Positions 56,112 through 64,000 of a stretch of DNA of 64,000 nucleotides are shown here, piece by piece. This stretch comes from Paramecium tetraurelia (Eukaryota). The stretch lies in the NCBI GenBank assembly GCA_000165425.1, contig CT868681.1:1-64000 (forward strand), written 5' to 3'. Position 1 is the stretch's first letter. Each line of letters begins with the position of its first letter. The position numbers and the translations under genes were made by a program. Below the pieces are notes generated by a model that did not search any database, had not been told where the DNA came from, and was given only the letters and a program-made list of their open reading frames with translations.

Positions 56112-58398
56112 TCATAAAGCTATCTATATAGTTTGTAGAATTTATTTAATTTCAATGGTACTAATGGGTTTTTATAAAAAATAGTCCATACCCACTTCAT
56201 TGCACATTTGTTTGGTCTACATGTCAGTGTAAGCAGTTTAGGCAATGATGATGGGAGGATCTAAGTCTGCAGAACGACAAAATTCGAGTATCTGTTGAGT
56301 GGCTTAGATGCCATTCATGATTGGCATTTCGATATCCATCAGGATGACCTGATAGTTTTCTTTTTTGAATTTCTCTAGTCCTTCCTTGCCATTATGTGCT
56401 GAATCGCACTTAATGTTCAATCTTGAAAGCATTGTAGTAAGTGCATAGATATTAACAAATTCATCATCGACAATAAGGATTTTAGCTCTTTCTTCTGCAT
56501 ACTCACTGACAACTTGATCAATAGAGTATTTCTGCTTTTTAGGTTTCTTTGGTCCTTCTCTAAAGACATAGGGTGCACAAATGACATCATCTGGCTCAGA
56601 AAAATCTTTTAGTATAAGAATTAATAAGCATACTTTCCGATTATTTTTCAATTAGTTTCTATTTGCCCTTTAATGAGAATGTAAAAGAGGACTACCTCTT
56701 CTTATCACTAGGACTGATGATAAAGCTTTATTCCAAAAAGCTTCTACCAGAACTGTGTATTTTACTATATTTGATAGTCCTCCTGCTAACAACATCAGGT
56801 AAATCCATAGTTTTGAGATCCTCTAGGTAGAACCAAAATGTAGTGCCAGTCTTATTATTGGATTGAAAATGTATACCAGATTCGTAATTGGGAGACAATC
56901 CGTTACAAATAGTATTACTTATCATTAAACCTAACCCAAAATTAAGATTGGACTTTCGTTTATGAGGTTGTTTAAGGAACTCTTACAATCGATTCTGAGT
57001 GTTCTAATCCATTCCAGAGCCTGTATCTTAGACACTGACTTTAATAAAGGATTAATCGTGTATGATTTATTCTTGAACATCGATGTTGACACTGCCAGAG
57101 AAGGTAAACTTTTAGGCATTGGACAAGAGATTATTAAGTACTTATTTGAAGCGTTGACCATCCGTATGAATCTAGCACTCATTCATCTTAACATTAAGTT
57201 GCACACCCTTCATATTGAGTTGTTATCGATACAATTCAGACACTTCGTGGATGAGCAAGTAGATGTTTTATATCTAAATGGTTAGTATGAAATTCTTAGA
57301 CAAGATCAAACTGAAATCCCTAACATCTTGAACTATGGAATTGAGAATGTAACAGGAATTCAAAATGGGTTAGATACATGTATTCACAATATAGTCATCG
57401 TCGATATCCTCAATAGCATTTTCTGCTAGAATCCTTATGCAATTTAATGACGTACTGAATTCATGACTGAAGCTGCGAAACAGTTAATTCATAAGTTACT
57501 TAGTTACTTTCCTCTCCCAATAATCTCTCAATTCAAACATGTCATGGAATCTCAGACCCACATTATCATTAATGAGGGCTAATTCAATCATGTAATTGTC
57601 TCCAAAAGGAGCAGAACAATCCAATACTTTACATTTAATAAGATCTGCTGTTTCTATCAATTGCAAAAGAGTGCCAATTTTATATTTCTTGAATTGTTTG
57701 TTAAGTTTATGGATGACTATCTCCTTGAGTATTTATTGAATGGCCACAGGATCATCAGAACCCAATAATTTCTGCTATTCAGATGTTTGACTGACCATTT
57801 TGCCTTAGCGAGTGACCACCAGATCATATTTGTCATTCTGACTGATTATCAAACTATCTGATGGATTGATCCAAGTTTTGGAGTAACTATGATTCTTTGA
57901 AACCTGACGGACTTTCTCTGCAGAACGATTGATAGACAACCAAGCCATCAGAATGAATGCGTAACCGACCAAGGTGTGTTCATAGCTGAACTCTAATTTG
58001 GCACTAACCACCACAGCTATGAATGGCATACAAAGAAACATTTTCTTAGGATGCTGATGATTCTAGATTGGAATGATATAAAGCAACCTTTTTGGGAATA
58101 ATGCAAAATACATCTCACTGATATGTGTAGAACCTATGGTTCTTAATGAATTGCCAACAAGCAACAGTATAAGCAATTCAATCCGATCGTTCTTAAAGTT
58201 CCTTCTCTTGAACCGCCAACCAAACCACATGCTTAAAACACCCAATGATGATATCATAGCATATACTTGGTAACTTCTCTGTAAATCGAAGAAATATTCT
58301 GCCAACGATGCTCCACCTATTCCTACAATATACAAAAAATCAATAATAATCATATTTATAGTAAACCATTCAAATATTCTCTAATCTATCGGCTCCAT
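56112..58398 (-). CDS. Membrane hybrid histidine kinase (TM + HisKA + HATPase + REC); start uncertain
   Basis: SFSHEFSTSLN, QVLNNLLSNAQKFT, VQDTGSGM, GLGLMIS, GTTFWF; REC ILIVDD...MDIEMPIMNG...KP. Confidence 0.92.
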
Positions 58399-59593
58399 TA
58401 ATGGACTCTGTTATTTTCACACCTCTCTTCCATTTCAAATCACATCATTTGAATATCTCTAAATTTACTATCCTCCATCATATCATACTTATATCTTTAA
58501 TTCATCCATTATAATCTCTATAACTCTTCATAAATAATATTAAACACTAGCAGAACACTTGTTTATTTCTGAATTTATCAAATCTATTTGCTGAATTCTA
58601 ATATATATCATTTATCATTCATATAAAATCCTTATGACTTTTTAACATGTAGAAACAATAATCAAAAGTGAGACTTAAATTACTTTAGAACATCAACTTG
58701 TATTGAATCTTATAGATCTATTAATAACAAACAATTGTAACAATTATTCAGCACATGCAATTGAAATCATAAATAATCCACTTTCTTATTATTACTCATA
58801 TTAACATGTCTATTTGAATAAATCCATTATTATAATTTTATTAAATTATTCATTTTCTTAAAATCTATTAATTTAATACACCTTCATTCATTTTAATTAA
58901 TAAACTTCTCCAAATTTAACTAAATATTATGGTCACTCTTATAGAATTAGCATCTTCAATAAACAAAGGAGTCAACTGACTATATATAACTTTTATTCAT
59001 GACTATATCCTAATTTGCAACTTTGGAATCATATCTGCATTAAAAGTGACATTAACTTAAAAATTTAAAGTCATCATTAAAGATCACAAACAAAACACTT
59101 CTAATAATTTAGTACATTAAGAGTTATATCTTGACGTTATAAAATTATCAACTTCTTTTTCTTTGTAGTTATTATAAATTTTTAATATAACTGTGCGTAT
59201 AATTGTAAATCACTATTATAGAGTAGAAATTGTGAATTATCTAGGTATTTCAATCTGATATTAATAAAGTAAATCATCTGTAATTGAGTTTTTCTCGGAA
59301 AATAATGTTGATTTAATTCCCATCACTGAGTAAGATTAAAATTATTAAGATCTTTATCTTTAAAATCTAATAACAAGACTCTCTTTCATGATGTTCGTAA
59401 TTCAGTACTTTAGCATTTATTTACATGGAATCTCTCATTTAAAGTAATCTTGACTAGATGTCAAAAATTTACTCAAATAATAAACATAAGGTTTATTAAT
59501 GAAACTCCTGATTGCTTGATTACAATAGTAGTATTGTTAAGAATACAGATATGAACTTTCTTTATGATAAATATTATTAATATGTTTGATTTA

Positions 59594-60675
59594 TCATTAT
59601 ATTGATTGTAAAAACATAAACATTTATTCTTCTAATCTAAGTTATTTGACACCATATTCGCTATTTCCATATCTATAAACATGATCGAATTTCCCATAAA
59701 TATCCTCTTTGGATAACTAAAGACAGATATTAAATTCTTTACTTTCGATTTTTCATCATTTTCTGTAAAATCAGTAATCTTTTACAAACCTGAGAAAAGT
59801 AACAATAATTTTAATGGTTGTTAAGATAATTGACTGGGATTGAAAGTAGTTGTCTATTAAGCTTCATCACTTTTCTCTGTTTCAACCAAGATCTTCATAT
59901 CGAAATCATCTGAAAGTAATAATAAACTACTTCTTACCTCTCTCTAATAACCTATGAAATTTGGACTCTATTGTGACTGTGTAACCCCAATAGTAGCCCT
60001 CCTTTTTAGCATCTTAACTTGAGACAGGAGTACCAGTCAGATGAGTGGAATTAGGATCATCCAATTTCAAAGTGACTCTGGTTCCTGGTTGCAATGGATA
60101 ATTAATTAAGACTTATCTTTTGAGTCCAATTTCCACCCAAGATGTGTCACCTTTACTAGGTCTTTCAACAACGACACCTTCTCTGAAGGGACATACCTAT
60201 TCTGTAAGTAAATGATGTTTTGATTCAATTGGATTCATGAGACCAACATTTTTTAAATCGGAGTGAATTGGAAACAAGTACTTTCTCAGATATTGTGGTG
60301 TTTCCAAATATTATAGGTTTCTAACAACGTAGGATGCCACATCGAATTATTTGCTTTTTGGTATGCTACAATGTAAATATGGAGATACTATGAATAATCT
60401 CTGAGGATGATGACTTCATCTACTTAAAAGATCGCAAACATCCTTGCTAATTGAGACATAAAATAACTTCTCAATTCAGATGATTAAGCATTAGAGATAA
60501 TTGAATCTGGGATGGCAATAGTGACATGTCTTTATTCAACTGCTAATTTCTTCTTTTATTGTTCCTTCTTCTTCTTCTTTTCCTTCTTTATCTGTTGTAC
60601 TTCTTCGATTACAGGTTCTGGTTACTTTTCATCATCGAACTTCACAATAGATTTCACTTTATTCTTTTTATCCAT
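59594..60675 (-). CDS. SPOUT1: SPOUT methyltransferase C9orf114/SPOUT1
   Basis: VTIAIPDSII, QLARMFAIFQVDEV, LQYLETPQYLRKYLFPIHSDLKNVGLMNP, FREG, LRLEE. Confidence 0.9.
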
Positions 60676-60695
60676 AATTAAGATATATATATTTA

Positions 60696-61208
60696 TCACA
60701 TGAAATCATCATCATCATCAACGTTATCAAAGTCCTCTTCTTCATCTTCCACAATGTTTTTAGTCTTTCCAAATGAAACTCCCTTTGGTGGTCCTTGCTA
60801 TTGACTCTTCTTCTTAATGGCTTCTTCTGCTTCAAATTGCTTCCTTTTTTTAATGTAAATTTCCTCCACTGCTTTGAACAATTCCTCGTAATGATTCAAC
60901 AATAATTTTCCTTCCAACTTAGTTAACAAGGTCTTCAAGAACTCGGTTGTATAGTTGGGACCCACATTTTACAAAGCTGCAGCAAAATTCTCACCAATTT
61001 TCTTCAGATCCACTTATCCAATATTCTTCTTAACTGGTTTGTCTCCTCCGAATAAATCGAAAACATTATTCATATCTGATTCCTTTGATTGCACTTCTGA
61101 TTTCTACTATTAAGTTTAAGGTTATTTAGACTTGTCGTCTTCCTTCTATACTTACTCTTCCCCTTGTTCTTCGTCAGCGTATTATTCCCAATCCTCTACG
61201 TCTGACAT
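60696..61208 (-). CDS. EIF3J: Translation initiation factor eIF3j
   Basis: Acidic DWE N-terminus, ESDMNNVFDLFG, C-terminal DDDDDFM*. Intronless. Confidence 0.8.
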
Positions 61209-61410
61209 TTGGATAATTAAATTAAAGAATAATCACAATTTTAATTCCCATTATAATATATATATATGCACTCCTATTTTATTTATAATTTAATTCCGCA
61301 CTATTATTAAATCATACAATTATTAAAATCAAACACACTAAATATTCTACTATTTTTAAATATGAACCACTTCATTTATTAAATAATATTAATATCAAAT
61401 TCTACACAAC

Positions 61411-61849
61411 ATGGCCAGAACCAAACAAGGAAAACCAAGCAATAACAAATTCAGTCTTTCACCTCAAAGTATGTGCAATGACTCCTTGGAAAACAAAAAA
61501 CAAATTTACAAAAACCAATAAAAAAGGAAACACAAATTCAGACCTGGAACTGTCTCTCTGAGAGAAATCAGAAAGTATGTCTCCTCTCTAAAATTGTAGA
61601 TATCAATCATCCACTCAACTCCTGATTAGGAAACTGCCATTCTAAAGACTAGTGAGAGAAGTGTCATAGAGATCTGAGAAAGATTTCAGATTTACCCAAT
61701 CTGCCCTTTATGCTTTACAGGAAGCCACAGAAGGATTCATTACTCATCTATTTGAAGATGCCAACCTGTGTTCTCATCACGCGAAGAGGGTAACCTTACT
61801 CACTCGAGACTTGCAATTGGCCATCAGAATCTAAGGAATAGAATATTGA
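61411..61849 (+). CDS. Divergent histone H3 variant
   Basis: [137 protein letters not shown]. One 25-nt intron. Confidence 0.95.
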
Positions 61850-61870
61850 TTTGTGATAAATAAAATACTG

Positions 61871-63799
61871 TCAACAACGATCAAATTATTATTATATAAA
61901 CTTTTGCATGTCTCCTCCCATCTTTACATAATCTTCATAAAGATCTGAAACCATTATATTCCTACCTGGATGGTTGGAAGGCAATTTGTTCTTTTGAGTC
62001 AGAGCAGCATCAAAAAACAATCGCTTCATAGTCTATTCAGATGGTCTTTGCATATCAGATTGTCTCTGGACTTCAGATATCCTCTCCTGAGTAAATTTTT
62101 ATTAGGATTCCTAAAGAGAACTTTGTTCAGATCTCCTTTGATATTCAGTTGCATAATAAATGTTTTTAGGCTCATTGCTTGAGTATCTCTATTCTAAGTT
62201 GATGCTAGGTCTCGATTCGAATTACAATTAATAACTCAAACGAGCATCTTGAGAGTATGGTTTATGATCATCAGATTTCCTTTCATAATTGACTGATCCT
62301 CTCGATTCATAGCTGACTTGATTCACAACTGATTGTTATTTAGGTCTTGGAATGTCTGGTTTATTGATATTGCTTAATCTTTAATCAAAATATAGGTTAT
62401 GTTCCTCTAGATGACGTTAATCTCTTGCTTTTTTATCGAAATTGCGATCGACATCGATTTATTGAGTGATCATAGTGTTGCTACTTTCTACTTTGGAAGG
62501 AGTTTAGTAATTATTAAGAGAAGACTTAGTCGTAGAACTGGTTCGTTGTTCTGGCAGAGCATGTACAGGCATGGAGGCTCTTTGAGTGAACAAATCTGTT
62601 TTCATTTTAGAATTGAGCAAAGCCTTATTGATGTATTTATAGAGATTGATAGATCCTTCCTTATTGTTTGATAACTATTGGATGCCTTATTCAATTCTGA
62701 AAATGATGGTTTTGACCAATTAATAATCTTGAGTGTTGATTATTTCTTATAAACTAGAGATCATTTCGCCCAAGATCTTTTATGTGTATGGCATATTCTC
62801 CTTTTAGAGTTCCTATTGCAATTTCTACTTCAATGCTGCTATTTTAGAATTAATTCTTTGCATTGACACTTATTTCTGATCATAAAAGGAATCTTCCATT
62901 TTAGGGAACTATGTATAAACTGTCATGTCTAATTGAGTTATGGGTTGCTAAGCGGGAATTGATTTCTGTTCATACGAGGGGATTGTAGTTGGGACAGACG
63001 GATAAGTAGCAGTTTTGGTTGGACTTTGCTATTGATTTCCATTGGTTTTACTGAAATTCTACTCGTAATTGTTGGAAGTCAGATTGGATTGACCAACTGT
63101 TATTGATTGAGCAAATTGGGCCTGAGCCTTATTTTTAACAGCTTGACTTGAATGCTTACTAGATTGATTAGATTAAAATGTAAACTGTTTTTCTGATTCT
63201 GCTGCCTTATTCGATTAAGGTTGAAGTTGAGATTCACCTGCATTGATACGTGATCGTAACAACTAAGACTTTTCTTATTGCACTTAGGATATATTCTTGA
63301 ATTTAGTAAGGAATTCTTCCACTAGATTGAACATCTAAGTCAATTGTTGTTCCTAATTGAATGATATTCAATCTCATACTTTATATGCTGGTATTGTACT
63401 GTCTGCAATTGAAATGGCTGACAAATCTGGGTTGTTGAATTTGTCTACAATTTAAGAATATTCCTAGGCTACTTGATTGGCATCCAATTCTAATTGATGT
63501 TTGATAGTGTTCTTCTTATTCTATTGTTCAGGAGCTTTCAGAGCCACAGAATACCTCTCCAACATGTCTTTGATATAATGATGATCTGATACTTAATACT
63601 TTATCTTTCAAGTGAGACATGTCATCAAAGAGATCATTCTCATTGAGCAATCGCTAATTTTGTAATTTCTGAGATTCAAATTTCTTGTTCTCTTCTCCAA
63701 AGGTTAGACGAGCAATTGCATCCTTTTTTGGTGGTGGATCTAAATCAAACTATGGTTAGATTGGATTTAGAAACATCTTGTCATGTCTCGATTGTTCAT
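61871..63799 (-). CDS. Hypothetical coiled-coil protein
   Basis: MNNRDMTRYPPPKKDAIARLTFGEE..., long Q/E/K-rich frame ending QFDRC*. Confidence 0.65.
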
Positions 63800-63824
63800 T
63801 TAAAAACTATAATTAGTTATTAAT

Positions 63825-64000
63825 TCACTACATTTGAGGATTCGTTAAGACTCCCTAATATTTATTCATCAACATGAGATACTCTTTCTTAAGGATTATA
63901 TTTGTATTTATTCATGATATCCTACACCGATGGTCTTTGTTGTGTTGATTACATATTATTCTATGGACTCGAAGGTCCGCTATTTTTGAAAAAAGGATTC
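63825..64000 (-). CDS. 3' end of a gene running off the window
   Basis: Coding-like sequence ending ...KKEYLMLMNKYQGVLTNPQMQ*. Frame uncertain. Confidence 0.35.

Noticed and set aside
58520..59590. 1 kb gap with coding-like scraps
   Set aside because: No coherent frame or family. Probably an old pseudogene, but it cannot be supported as a feature.
61411..61849. Calling the H3 variant CenH3
   Set aside because: It has no loop-1 extension and retains ARTKQ, PFQRL and RF. Not formally excluded without a phylogeny.

Overview
This is ciliate macronuclear DNA, almost certainly Paramecium (aurelia-like). The evidence is AT-rich sequence, genetic code 6 (TAA/TAG = Gln, TGA the only stop), tiny 19-35 nt GT..AG introns and a mixed C4A2/C3A3 telomeric tract at 1212-1264. 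The supplied ORF track uses the wrong code and is mostly artefact, so all gene models were translated by hand and exon boundaries are provisional. A gene-poor left end (about 1-3260) is followed by about 35 densely packed genes: glutaredoxin, katanin p80, a very large PZP+PHD+TFIIS-M+SPOC-like chromatin protein, PX sorting nexin, CCDC47, CRAL-TRIO, a CDF/ZnT9-like transporter, LRR, an HTH factor, CDPK, STPG, SRPK, two trichocyst matrix proteins, CK1, a NEK-like pseudokinase, Alba, USP, a PLP-dependent dehydratase, UBTD, VSR, a hybrid histidine kinase, SPOUT1, eIF3j and a divergent histone H3. Several decaying pseudogenes are present (MFS, ATG3 and others). The best leads are an H3 variant that keeps K4 but lacks the K9/K27 ARKS motifs, K56 and K79; the multi-reader PHD/SPOC protein; two unusually long 73-nt AG-free first introns in nuclear-regulator genes; the interstitial telomere; and a head-to-head pair of MGxCS-acylated genes only 24 nt apart.
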